In this document: positions 38,137 through 51,618 of the stretch, in pieces | Layout: each line of letters begins with the position of its first letter | Position numbering within the stretch: position 1 is the stretch's first letter | From: Trichosphaerium sp. ATCC 40318 | Taxonomy: Eukaryota > Protista > Tubulinea | DNA: 64,000 bases | NCBI GenBank assembly: GCA_038496445.1 | Contig: JALMLS010000589.1 | Coordinates: 1-64,000, forward strand | Direction of reading: 5' to 3' | Program-made: the position numbers and the translations under genes | The notes under the pieces: generated by a model | The model's database searches: none | What the model saw: only the letters and a program-made list of their open reading frames with translations | What the model was told of the DNA's origin: nothing

Positions 38137-39015
38137 ATGAATAGTGCTTTGAAATCAGGTTATTGCCACTTATTAAACCTTCCCCTTGAGCTACAGCATT
38201 ATATTATCAATTTAGACTATACAGTTTACATAAAGTGGCCTCTCTTATCCAAAATTACAGCAACAACAACAAGGTTTGATAATGAGCTTAAGAAACACGG
38301 GAAATGGATAAAAACAAAAGTAACAGCTTCTTCTGGCTTGGGAAAGCCCAAGCTATGTATTTTGGTAAACACGTGCTTGTTTTAAAGTGAAACGACAAAA
38401 TCTCTTAAGTTATTTGTTTAGGCAGAGGATACTTTAAGGCATGGTGTATTTCATGGGGTATACAAGCGATGGGATAAACAAGGAAACTTGCTTCAGCAGT
38501 GTTATTATGTAGATGGTATAGTTGAAGGAGAATTTCAGACATGGTATGTCAATGGCAAGTTGAAAAGCAAGCGTCATTACATCAATGGTAAAAAAGAAGG
38601 AGAATGTAAAGCTTGGTATTTTAATGGCCAACTGCATCAACAATATCATTGCATAAACGGTTTAGTTGAAGGAGATTACAAGACTTGGTACTACAATGGA
38701 CAAATCGGCAGTCAATGTAATTATGTCAATGGTAAAAAAGAAGGAGAGTACAAGGCATGGTATGACAATGGTATGTTAAGAATAAAGTTCAATGTTGTTA
38801 ATGGTAAACGCCATGGTGAATACAAAGAATGGTATAGAACCGGTCAACTCCATTGTCAAACTATGATAAGATATGGTAGGCGATATGGACGGTACAAAGA
38901 GTGGTCTATCAATGGTCAGCTACGTACAAATGTTGTGTATGGTGACTCATGGCAATATTGGATTATTGTGCTTGTAGTATTAGTGTTCATTGCCTATTAT
39001 TTATGGGCTTTCTGA
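38137..39015 (+). CDS. F-box-like + MORN-variant repeat protein with a C-terminal transmembrane anchor
   Basis: CHLLNLPLELQHYIINLD...RFDNELKKHGKW (paralogous to the previous gene); one intron at about 38320-38421; about 6 MORN-variant units; tail WIIVLVVLVFIAYYLWAF. Confidence 0.82.
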
Positions 39016-39375
39016 ACACTATCCTGATGAATACTCACAGCAGGATCACTGATGGCGGAGGACAAGCTTACCCTTGATCTTGGAGAAGGGCATGTTGATG
39101 CTACTTTAACACAACTGGAAATGGTACTAGAGTCGCAACAATAGTGCCTTGTGCACTTTATGTAACTGTGCTCTTTTTTTTAAAGTTATATAGCCAGCTA
39201 ACATATATGATCTACCAACCCTCTTGGTTTGACATAAAGCTTAGTTTGTACAAGCAAAGACATTAGCGAAAATGGTATTTGTAATAGTCCATTAACCAAT
39301 TCGCTCGAATAACAACACAGGGTATTCTTTGACTACAGGTTTTTATCTATTTTGTTTACTTTACAAGTTGAGTGT

Positions 39376-39936
<561 letters not shown>

Positions 39937-41929
39937 TCATAAAATGAAACAACCGAAAGGTAGGAGTCTTTGATACGCATATATAAATACATGTACTTGT
40001 GCATACTTTCTAACTTCATTGTAAATGACACAAAAAAGAAACGCTAAATTTAGTGTTATGGAGTTGATTATTGTTTTGACTTAGGTTGTATGACGAACTG
40101 AAATCTTGAATCTGCATACATGTACTGACGCTCTTAAGAGCGTTTGTGTTTTCTTTCTTGCTTTTTTAACCTTGTCAGTGTTTCATGTTTTCACGAAAAA
40201 AATCCCCACTCACTTGTTTACGTGCTCCAATACTGGCTGTTTCGGTACTCCAACAAACGAGATAAGCTAATAAGCTTGATTACGCCCTGCATGTCATAAT
40301 TATAAATTAATTCAAGGTAAGAGATGTTGAACAAAGAACAAGAAAAAAAAGAGAAAAAGGTCTTGATTGTAGTACAACAAGAATCTATATCAACATCAGC
40401 TTGACGCTCGCAATGTAAGACCAACTTGTCAAAACTACATAGAAAACATCATTAAATGCGGAAAGTGTGATGTAAGATAGTGAAGGTGAGGTACCCTTTG
40501 AAGGATGTGGTGCCTTTAAAGACATTATAAGAATAAAGATGGAGTTGTTGCAAATGTATTCCACAATGCCACTATCGGGATAGCAGCATAAAAAACAAAC
40601 CACCATCTATTGTACCCTTTCTACAGACCACAAGTTCTTGCTACTTTTGGTTCCATTCATAGCACATAAACATCATGTTGTCAATTGCTTCAGAGCGTAT
40701 TTTTGACGTTTGGAGGAGCCAGAGTCATCACGTGTTAGAAGAGCCTTAATTGTCTCAAAAGCATTGCTTCCTTTACTTTGTTTGTTTTACTTTTCATCAA
40801 GATTAGTCCTTCATTTGGTGACGAGTTCAGTATGGTCAAGTCAACAAAAACTAATTTGTAACCACTGAAGCTCTCAAGAATTTCGTTGGAGAATCTCTAG
40901 TCAAGTTTTTTCAAAAGTCTCAGTATGAATTGAAGCTAAAGACATTGTCGCGGCCTACATTGCACTGAACGACCCAATCTAAGGCTAGCATACATTGGTG
41001 CTGACCAAAGGGTTTACACAGCAGTTGCACCTGTCGCTCTCAATGTGGGAAGGCAAGGACGCTATCTGCTAGATAGGTTAACTGTTTGGCATTGTAGTCC
41101 TTATAGATACGATAGTTCGTAATCACAAGAGGGTGTGACCCTCCGCCCTTGGAAGCATTGTCAAGTCTGGAAGACTGACCAAGTTCGTTTATATAATTAG
41201 TTGTTATCATTTTTCGCATGGTTCACGTTGGCCGCAAGCAGTTTTTTGAGTGTATTAATTATGATCGCTGTTTTTAAGCAAAGCCTATCCGATGTACACC
41301 GCGATTGGAACACGGGTGAGTGTTTGATGGTGACTAACCAGGGTCCCAGCCTGGAGCGTTGACTTTGTTAATAATAATTGTAATTTTTAACAACTTGGCT
41401 GCCGTCGACTATATAATAAAAATAATGGTTGTTATTGCCATTTGATGACAAAAAGGTGGATAATGTCAAGTCACTTAAAGTTAACGCTTCATTTTTTTTG
41501 TTTACTTTTCTCAAAAAGGAAACCCAGCAACAGTCTTTAATTGTACTACGGTCTCAATACAACATATTTTTTTTCTTTTCTGTTGTACTTCCAAGAACGG
41601 AGTATTAGCATCAATTCACTTTGCCTTTTTAAAATATTTGTAAGACTTGCTCTTTGTATTGATATGTAGAGTCATTTACATCATTAGCTCAAACCAGAAT
41701 GTCTGTAAAGCGAAACTCATAATATACTTGCCGGTGAATTTCGCGAAATGTAGAGCAAACCAAAGCGGAGTTTCGAAAACTATTGTCTGACAAAAGCCTG
41801 CTTTCTTGGTACAGTTGTAATGGTTTGTGGAGTGCATCTGTGGTTATCTTATCACCACATTTGATAAAAAATGTGCATTGCGTTGTCAAGATAAAACGAT
41901 TATACGATGGATCAAAAATCCCAAAAAAA

Positions 41930-43195
41930 ATGGATATAAGATCATTTCTCCTTTGCTTGTTACTTTCATCCTTCATCTTTGTATCAAAGACACAACATAC
42001 TCTAGTAGCTGTAGGATTTCAGATTGGTTCTCAAAGGTCTTTCCAACGCTTTGAGTTGGAGTCTGGAACGCTTATAGGCGATTGTAAGTTCTTAAACATT
42101 TGTCCTTCTCTTTTAAAGTTTATTCTCATTCCTTTGTAGCTTGCGTGTTTCCGACCCAGTTTATTGCTTCAATGAGTGCGTATTTCGATACAAATAAAGT
42201 AGTTTAAGGTTTTCGGCAATGTTAGTTCAAAACGAAACGTCTTCGATTGTTTTTAGAACAAGAGTTTGAGTTTAGTCTCATCTACGACATTCTCTTTGTT
42301 TATTTCGTTTAGCGTTTCTACAGAATGGGAATCTTGCTGTATCTCTTGAGGGTGAAGGTGCCATCAGAGAGGGAATGATACAGACGTTTGGACCAGAAGG
42401 TTGCGTTCCCGTACGTCTTAAACTAATTTTTTTTTTGTTTCATCACATGAAAAACCAATAAACGTTTCGTAACACGTGATTATTTCTAGATTGAAACTTG
42501 CGAGGAAATGGACACGGCTAGGACGAATACAAACATGAATGTTGATCCTGTAACGCGTACCTTGTATGGTACTTTGGGAAACAGTGTTACAGTCAATTCT
42601 TTTACGTCACCTTGCGAACCCACTCCTGTATGTTCGGATATAACAACAGGACCTCCCTCAGTTGCAACAAGTATGATTCTTTGTACAACTGGATTTCAAT
42701 TCTCAACTAACCGTTTCTCTTCCAGCTATTGTCATTGGGATGACAGTATATATGGCGGACCCATTCGATAATGAGATTGTTAAAATGAGCCTTCCAGCAA
42801 GCCCACCTGCTATGTGCTCAATGATAGGAGAACCAATTATTTCGCCATGTACCGAAATAAAAGGTACAACCTAAAACACTGAAATATTGTGGTAACAAAA
42901 AGCAGGGTTTGCAGTATTTGATAGTACACGTATACTGGTTGTTTGTGGTGAAGACGAAATGGGAGACTCTCACTTATACAATATAAATGATGACTCTTTC
43001 ATAGAAACCGGATTCCCTCAGATACCTAACTCTGACAGAATTGTTGGATTAGCTGTAGGTGGAGCTATATGTCAAACGTACTCTCATTGACTTTCTTCTT
43101 TATTATTCATTCTTACTTGTTTTTATTCTAGAAGCCAAATTGATAGTGCTCAGCGTATAGCTCTACTTTCAGGATCAAGTGGTTACAGAAAATAG
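41930..43195 (+). CDS. Secreted Cys-containing hypothetical protein (possible beta-propeller), multi-exon
   Basis: Signal peptide MDIRSFLLCLLLSSFIFVSKT; successive short GT-AG-bounded exons; last exon SQIDSAQRIALLSGSSGYRK*. Confidence 0.6.
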
Positions 43196-43596
43196 TATCT
43201 CAAAATCGTACTTTATGCTCTCCAATATGATAACATCTTGAATAAACTATTCACATTTAAAGTTGTAAGTTGGTTTAAACTGTTGACTCGTAGGCCCTTT
43301 GTATGAGGACTATACTACCATAATCAGACTTTACACGCACGAACACGTGCTATGGATTTGTAAGATACTGACTCTATGTGTTACAAGAGTCAACGTAAAT
43401 GACTAGCAACTATTAAAGTACATGATTTGAACACAAACGATGGAGCACTGGTACACCGTTGTAGTTTTTACTGGTTTTTTATTTTACTGCCTGCTTGAAA
43501 AAGTTGAATACTCGCAAAGCTTGGTAGTGTTAACTGTAGTTAAATCCACTATAAGTTACATACCGCAGATCAATATGTGGTAATAGACGTAGGGTG

Positions 43597-44463
43597 TCAC
43601 AAAATATAGCTTGAGCTAGGGTGAAAACGAACATAGCATGCAGCAAGTGCTTCAATATCCTTTTCAGTTATTGATGTGTTACCAAGGTGAATAGTATGAA
43701 CTCCCTTCAGTGCTTTGACACCTTCATCTGTTATATTTCGACATCCATTGAGGCGTATATCATATACACCCTTCAGTGCCTTTATACCTTCATCAGTTAC
43801 TGAAGTGCCCCTGAGGTTAATAGTGTGAACTCCAGCAAGTGATTTAATACCTTCATCAGTTACTAGAGTTCTATACAGGCTAATGGTATGTACTCCCGCA
43901 AGCGCTTTGACACCTTCATCAGTTATGTTTTTACATCCATTGAGGCGTATTGAATACACGCCCTTCAGTGCGTTAATGCCTTCATCAGTAACTGAAGTGT
44001 TATGAAGGGAAATAGTATGAACTCCCTTCAGTGCTTTAATACCTTCATCTGTAACTGAAGTGTAACCAAGGTAAATAGTATGAACTCCACCAAGTGCTGT
44101 GACGCCTTTATCAGTTACTGAAGTACCAATGAAATGTATAGAATGAACTCCAGCAAGTGCTTTGACACCTTCATCTGTCACATTTTTGCATCTATAAAGG
44201 ACAATAGTATGAACTCCAGCAAATTGTTTAATATCATCTCCAGAATTATATCCTACAATGATCTTTGTGTATCTCAGAATACCAGGATGTTTTACAGCTG
44301 ATTTTGCTTGAGTTGGCGTTCTAATCATAATAGCGCGGTATCCAATAACATCGTGAATGATAGAAGCAAGCAAATGACAGGTTTGACACGCTGCAAATCG
44401 TGATTTGGTCGTTTGACGTAAGATGTGTGCTAATATCTCTGTAGGTAGCTGTAACAAACTCAT
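43597..44463 (-). CDS. Intronless F-box/LRR protein (locus F)
   Basis: MSLLQLPTEILAHILRQTTKSRFAACQTCHLL, near-identical to the N-terminus of E; nine LRRs of mixed 21- and 22-aa types. Confidence 0.9.
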   Translation of the reverse strand: MSLLQLPTEILAHILRQTTKSRFAACQTCHLLASIIHDVIGYRAIMIRTPTQAKSAVKHPGILRYTKIIVGYNSGDDIKQFAGVHTIVLYRCKNVTDEGVKALAGVHSIHFIGTSVTDKGVTALGGVHTIYLGYTSVTDEGIKALKGVHTISLHNTSVTDEGINALKGVYSIRLNGCKNITDEGVKALAGVHTISLYRTLVTDEGIKSLAGVHTINLRGTSVTDEGIKALKGVYDIRLNGCRNITDEGVKALKGVHTIHLGNTSITEKDIEALAACYVRFHPSSSYIL

Positions 44464-45261
44464 TTGCAGAATTTTCGAACGTGATGGCCCTATCTGAAGG
44501 TAAAAATATACCTTTCTTGCAATACAGATACGTGTAGTAGCTTTGAACGCGAGTTAACTGTGATAAAGCAAAGTATCAGACTTGACTTAAGAGATGTGTT
44601 AAGTAGGTAGATTAACGAAAACGAATGACGGAAGTTCACGCCTTTGTTTTATTAGCTCCGAAAAGGGCGCCAAAACATGATTTCTTCAAAATACACCGAT
44701 GTAGTCTACCTCTAAGTTTACTGTAGCAGTTAATTACGCGTGTTTCGTATTTTCGAAGGTGGACACGTGATGATCACGTGACTTAAATTCTTAATAAAAA
44801 AGCAACTTTAAACGTTGCCTTCTAAATAAACACATCTAGATGTGATGGTGTGTTCTTACGTTGATTTGGTCCGTTTAGGCCACTGGACGTGTACTGGTGT
44901 GAACAAAAAGTGCATCAAATCACAGACCATTCTTAATTACGTTGGTACTACATGTTCATTGGAACATGTGACCCCTGAAATTTGCCAACAAATATCATGA
45001 TGAGCTACACACCCACAGAGCTCAGGTACATACTCTAACAATCGGTTCAATAACAGTACCAACTGGGGAAGCATATTATACTGTGACCCAATTGTAGAAT
45101 CATGTGCGGGAGGTTAATATTTTGAGAACTGGTACTCAGCGCAAATGGGCGTGTTGTTTTACAACAAGAATAAAAATTGGGTTTTTAAAGAGCGTGGCAT
45201 CAGTTTTTTTTAAAGTCAATAAAAACGTTGAAAAGTGCATACATAAAATATTTCGAAAATT

Positions 45262-46134
45262 ATGCTTTCTGCCTCACCATGTTGTAAAATTGACAATACC
45301 GCCAGTACAAGTTTGTTACACCTCCCTACAGAGATTTAGCACACATCTTACGTCAAACGACCAAATCACGATTTGCAGCGTGTCAGACATGTCATTTGCT
45401 TGCTTCTATCGTTCACGATGTTATTGGATACCACGCTATTATGATTAGAACGCCAACTCAAGCAAAATCAGCTGTAAAACATCCTGGGATTCTTAAATAC
45501 ACAGAAATCACAGGAGCACGCTATTTTGATGACAACGTTATCAAACAATTTGCTGGAGTTCGTACCATTTGCCTCAATTGCAATTTATTAACAGATGAAG
45601 GTGTCAAAGCGCTGAAGGGAGTTCATTCTATTTTCCTCAGTGGCTCTTCAGTTACAGACGAAGGCGTCAAAGCACTTGCTGGAGTTCATATTATTAATCT
45701 TAGTTGCACTTCAGTAACTGACAACGGTGTTAAAGCACTTGCTGGAGTACACTATTTATCTCAGTAACACTTCGGTGACTGACAAAGGAATTGAAGCACT
45801 CGCTGGAGTTCATACTATTCACCTCTATCATACTTTAGTTACAGATGAAGGTATAAAAGCACTTGCTGGAGTTCATACTATTAATCTTGATGGCACTTCA
45901 GTAACTGATAAAGGAGTTAAAGCACTCGCTGGAGTTCATAAGATTAACCTCAATAACACTTCAGTAACTGATGAAGGTATTAAAGCACTCAAGGGTGTTC
46001 ATACTATTCACCTCAATAACACTTCAGTAACTGATGAAGGTATTAAAGCACTTGTTGGGGCAAAATATATTTTTGCGTATGGTAGTAATGTAAAAGGGGT
46101 CGTAGTGTTAAAAGGGACAAAGGTTAATTTTTAA
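45262..46134 (+). pseudogene. Frameshifted F-box/LRR gene (locus G), divergent from F
   Basis: The start MLSASPCCKIDNTASTSLLHLPTEI aligns with E. A 1-bp deletion at about 45335 (gagatttagc vs gagatattagc) and a second shift at about 45750 split the ORF in three. The C-terminal cap is intact. Confidence 0.82.
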
Positions 46135-46485
46135 AAGACCTTTAATAAACACTACTAGTTGCTACAAACGATTTTTAAGTAGGCTGCTCTTGTGACACAA
46201 ACTAATTCTGCGCGGCAAAGTCTTTAACAAGTCTGTTGGTTGTTGAAACCTAGACCTAAGTCAAGATGTTGTACAACTGTTTTCAAACGTGTATTACTAG
46301 TAAATGGTTCATATAGCGGGTCTAAGTACTCAACGACAGCCGAGCGAAAGATTGTTTACCTAACAAAAGCGAAGTAAAAATAGCGCAAGTCTTAACGTTT
46401 CAAGCACTTGTGTGATTGGTCGTGACTCTGATTTCTGATTATCTATTCGACGTAAACAGTCTCTGTTATTCTTTTTAGCCTAACG

Positions 46486-46750
46486 ATGGATGCTTCTATA
46501 GAAATAGCACAACTAGAAAAGGTAACAATAACAAGACAAGTAAAGATTATCCATTAAAGAGAAGTTTAGAAAATAAATATCCTAAAAAGTAATTTGGCAT
46601 GGATAAAAGATCGTAAAGATTGTACTGACGGCGTAGATAGATCATATCAAGCGTGTATAAGGTATTATTAATATATATTAAAGTATTTTATTTATTATTT
46701 GTACTAACGCAAGTTGCGCTATGTGTGAAGTATACACCAGTATATTTTGA
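46486..46750 (+). CDS. Possible very small 3-exon protein
   Basis: MDASIEIAQLEK|KINILKSNLAWIKDRKDC...QACI|SCAMCEVYTSIF* via two short GT-AG introns, the second with a CTAAC branch point. Confidence 0.35.
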
Positions 46751-46948
46751 ACAATAATGAGCCTTTTGACTCAGTAAATAGTAGACTTAGGGTTTCTAAG
46801 GAAAAAAACCGATCACGTCGAAGAATAACGATTATAAAAGATGTCACCTGTTTTATAGTTGGTGCGTGAACCGGTTTTTCATCTTCAAAGTAAAACAAGA
46901 GCACACAGAATAACGTGAATTGATCAAAAAAATTATTTACTGTAAACG

Positions 46949-48720
46949 GTGAATAACTTTTTTTTAGAACTTCCACTTGAGCTTACACTTCGTATTCTCG
47001 ACTTTGCTGATAATGAATCGATTGTTTGTTTTGGTTACACAAACAGTTCTTATTTTAACTTGTGCTTTGGGTCATTTAGACACGTGTTCGAGCGATATAA
47101 GGCACGTGGGTCTCAGAAACAATATCAGTTCTCATATTTTTTAGAACTCGTTGAAAACGAAGCGCTTACTCAGCAAGTACTACAACGCCAACCAAAATCC
47201 TTGGCGTACGTTGATATATGTCACTATCTAGAGTTAATGTAGATGTATTGCTGTAGATGTAACATCGTTGTTGTCAAGAGTAAAGCATGTCAGCAGAGTT
47301 AGGAAAAGAAGCAGAAAACAACTACGAACTTCTAAGAACATTGACCAGTCTATGGATAACTATCAGCTACCACGAGTTTTATTTATCGGTAGTACACGCT
47401 CTTATAGTGCAGGTAACATAATAGCATATTGCAACGATTGGTTGAAAAACATCTAACCACTCGTATAGCCACACATCTTTTCTGTTTTAAAGAGAAGGAA
47501 AAACGGGAACTAAAACAGTTTAAGCCTTTTGTTTTGAAGTATGTTGTATACCTAGTGAAGCACATTATTAAGCATATTGACGTTGATTCTCTTGATAAAG
47601 ATCATCAAGTACGTGGTGCAATGAGTGAAGTCCGAAACTGACATCGAGATAGTTAATACTACAGCAGTTGGCGAGTGTTAAAGATGTACATTGTTTGAGA
47701 AAGACGCTAAGTCAATGTTCTGTTCCTTTTGCTGAAATATTATCACATGTACCTTATTTACCCGACATACCAGGATGGGGGGAAGGTATGGTATAGTACG
47801 TCATTGAGTAACTATTTTGAGGTTAACAAGATTAAAAGTTGTATCAAAAACATTGAAAGATTCGCAAGCAAAGGGTTTCAATTGAATAGATTTGATATTT
47901 TTAATATACCTTCAAAGCATTTGTACAATACTAAAAAGTTCAACTCGATAACTTTTAAATATGAAGACTTCAGTGTTGAGTACGTTAAAGATAGAATTTT
48001 TTCAATTAAAAAATTTGGGAGAAAAAGGCGTTTCCTCTACCACACTACGATCATGTATTGATACAGCGTCTTGTGGATCTAAAAGAATATTCATTTGTTA
48101 TTGAAAATATAGTACAACTTCGATAACTTTCCGAGTGAAGTTGTGGTGCCCTTTTTAACTTCTTCTATTTACACTTTTGTTTTTCAGATTCACAGTTCCA
48201 ACACACTACAATAACAAGCTTCTATCGATGTTTGAAAATCCAGATGTTATTATATCTTATAATATAAACATATCAGATTACATGATACCAGATAAACTAC
48301 ATGGTACTAGATTGCATAAACATATACAAGAGTTTAAAGAACTTCGTCAACAATCAGACGAATCGCCCTTTTTGGTTGTATTACATGCACCACGATTCAA
48401 AGAATTGATCAAAGCTTATCCAATCAGTAACTACTTTCCAGACTGTAAAGAAGGTACGAGACAGTTTTCTAATAGTATGAGAGTATTTTTCAAGAAAAGA
48501 ATTAACACGTGATTTGTTAGATGGTATGGACTATGTCCTTCGGTATTTTCGTGGTTTTTTCTCAGATGGAGTACAGTTTTTTTCTTTTTCTTTGTTGCTT
48601 CGTTACTAATGCCCATTCTTTTAGAGCTATATATTCTATTATGTTGAAGGTCAAGAGTATTACTTAATGCGTATTATCAAAAGCATGCTTATCAATAAAA
48701 TACTCAGTGCACTATACTAA
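46949..48720 (+). CDS. F-box + degenerate heterotrimeric G-protein alpha-like domain; start uncertain
   Basis: F-box FLELPLELTLRILDF; then G-alpha-like segments NIERFASKGFQLNRFDIF, SITFKYEDFSVEYV, FENPDVIISYNINISDY...TRLHKHIQEFKEL, FKELIKAYPISNYFPDCKE and RIIKSMLINKILSALY*. Confidence 0.6.
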
Positions 48721-49392
48721 TAAAAAGGAAAATTTAAGCTTAAAGATGTCATTATTGCTTATGCACTGTAATCGAAAGTGGGGTATCTGTTGATAGGGCT
48801 GTAGCCGATATTGTGGATGGATAGTTGTGCACAGTACACCCGCCTCTAGACACTGTTTAGAAGCGCACTAGACCATTCATAGCTGGATTGAGCACAACGA
48901 TTTGTTTTGAAAAATACGAATGTGCGCACTTACGGCACAATAATAAAAGAATTGAGAGAAGAAAAAAAAAAGAAAGCATGTGACGTGACAGTGTTCAAGT
49001 TGTTTGTGATTTTTAACTACTTTTTACTTTGCAAATTGCGCTAGAATCTTTTAAGGATACAGTCTATAATGTACATTCATGAACTGTAGAAAATAATCCA
49101 TTTTACTGTACGTTATCGGAAAAACGTAACAAGATGTCGTTCAAAAAAGGAAATTTATCGTTTTTATCATGTTAAATCTTGCTTCGCGTTACGTTCGACG
49201 CTTTCATTACAGCTGCTATAGTACGTAATTACTACACTGAAACCGTTGGATTGCGTTAAGCCATTTACATTCGTAACTGCATTCTTACTCTTATCAAACT
49301 ACCATCTCCGTAGAAAACGTGAAAATAGCAACTTTGTGACGCTTTCAAGTAGTTTAATTGAAACTCTGTTGTGAAAACACAATAAACGACAA

Positions 49393-51618
49393 ATGGTACT
49401 TTATCAATGCTCTCTACTCTGTGGCTGCGTAGGATCAACGAATAAGAGCCAAAGACATGTTCGTAGTAGATTACGAGCAGGATTATTTCGCGCAGCAGTC
49501 GGTACGTATTTCTACGAAGATACGGCCTCTGTAGGGTGTTTTCTACAAAAACAGACTTTTAATATGTCTGTACAGGCATTTTGAGCGCTTTGTCGTTTAT
49601 GTACTTTTTTGTGCTTATAAACATCGCATTACATGAATCCGGGGAGTTTAAACACCGTGTGAACACAATACGAGCAGTTATAAATTTGAGCGAATCAATA
49701 GGCGAAGAACGAGGTAGATCATTGATCTACGCCGCTGGTGGTTTTAACCAAACTGATTTGGATGTTTTACGTAAGTATTCCGTGGCGTGGTTTCTCATAA
49801 ACTCACCAATCAACTTCTAGTTTTTGCCTTTTTTTGTGTTTTGACAGTTTTTTTTCAGTTCAGGCTAGAGCTGCTGTTGATGATAGAACACGTATTTTGC
49901 ATGAACGATATGATCGTGGTGAGAACTACGAATCCTTGGATCTTAGTATTGGATACTTGGAGACGTTTTCTGTAATAAGACAAAGAGTACGTGTTCAAAA
50001 ATTTGTTTTAAACCAAGTTCATCTCAACTACATTTGTTTCTCATAAAACTACATTCTTCTTTTCAAGTGCAACAAGAAAAGAATTACTTTGTGAGTGCAT
50101 TTCTTTGTTCAACACACATGGTACAGTGTAAGCAAAGGACATGCACATGTGCAAAAAGTTAAATTACTAGAAAGTGTTACATTTTTTGGAGTTTTGTTTT
50201 TGCATTACATTGCTGTTGTTGTCGTTACATTCCAAGTTTTTTTAAATTGAAACTGCTTACCTATTTACATCAAGATTGATAGCACAAATGTAACAGAAAT
50301 GATATTTTTAATTATTATACTGAGTCAACAAGACAATTTCAAATATTCACTTTGAAACAAAGTTTTACTGATTTTAAAGATATTACACGTGTTCTTAATG
50401 CAGTTGTTCGTGAAGGCATTGTACGTAGATAAATGACCTCAATTATGTTGATTAATATATTATTAAGCTCTTGGAAGCGCATGGTAGAGTACGAGGTGCT
50501 CTTGGAAGCGTATTTGCTCGAGGTAACAACAAAATAAAATTCTGAAAGGCTTGTAAATAACATTTCACTTTTAGGCTATTTCATCGACCCTACAGAAATA
50601 CTTAACATCAGAAGTGCAAATATTGGCCGTCAAACTGCCTTGGAAGAGCTTACTATATTATTAGAAAATGATGACTTAGTAATATTCAACGCTGCAGTGG
50701 TAATCTAAGCTTCTCTTTTTTTCAACCAAGTATCTTCTTGCTTATACTTTTAAATAGAACTCGCCTCAAGTCCTAGAAGCTCTCAGCCATCTTCAAGTAG
50801 CACAAGGAATTGCTACTATTGTACGGGGTTTTTTAAAGCTACTGTTACATGAAAGCTTATTTTGGATTACCACCAGGCTCCTTTTCAGTTTTCTCCAACA
50901 AACAAGATACCTTTTTCATCTTCAGACTGGTTTGGTAACTATACACTTATTTTAACTGGCTTGAAAGAAGTTAGAAATCATCTATTGTACGTACAAGAGA
51001 TACATCAACGTAAAAATGAAGCTTATAGTATTTGTAGTGAGAAGCTTCAACAACGAAAAGACCATCGCTTAGCGATCATTATAACAGAGTTTTCAATTGC
51101 TTTAATAGCATTAATCCTAGAGATTACAGCTTGTGCAACGCTTATAATGCTTGCATGGCCTGTATTGAGCCTCTTCTGGACCATGGAAGGAAAAGCCAGG
51201 AAGTGCGTGCGGTTTTTCTTTACCAGCCACCTTCGTGGCGTAATTAACACGTTTTTCCTTCTTTAGACTCAGCTCCAGAAATTCAACATTGACTAAAACT
51301 CAAAGTGCTACACTACAAGGAACTAGTGACGATGAAAGAGAGCCTGTTGGCAAACACAACAGCCTTTTACTTGATAATTCAAGTAAGTCACTTGCGTCCA
51401 TTCTATTTTTAACTTCGTTTACCTCAGGTATATCTGATCCTACAGAAGAATCTTCGTCTGAAGAACCTCTACGCAATGAAGAAGAGTCTAGGTACTCTAT
51501 GAAAACTGAAGTTAAGCATGATGTAGAACAACCAAAACCAAAAAGAAAAAAAAGAAGAAAATCAAGAAAAAAGAAGAGAAAAGGGCCTTCTGCTGAAGTT
51601 GCTTCCATAAACGAATAG
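49393..51618 (+). CDS. Two-transmembrane protein with an intervening NIT-like (nitrate/nitrite-sensing) domain and a charged cytoplasmic tail
   Basis: TM1 GILSALSFMYFFVLINIAL; LSESIGEERGRSLIY and QARAAVD (NIT N-terminal pattern); DWFGNYTLILTGLKEVRNHL (NIT C-terminal pattern); TM2 LAIIITEFSIALIALIL; Ser/Glu- then Lys/Arg-rich tail. Confidence 0.6.

Noticed and set aside
39023-39060. CTGATGA as a hammerhead ribozyme core or box C
   Set aside because: No correctly placed GAAA and stems II/III; too short for a convincing C/D snoRNA.
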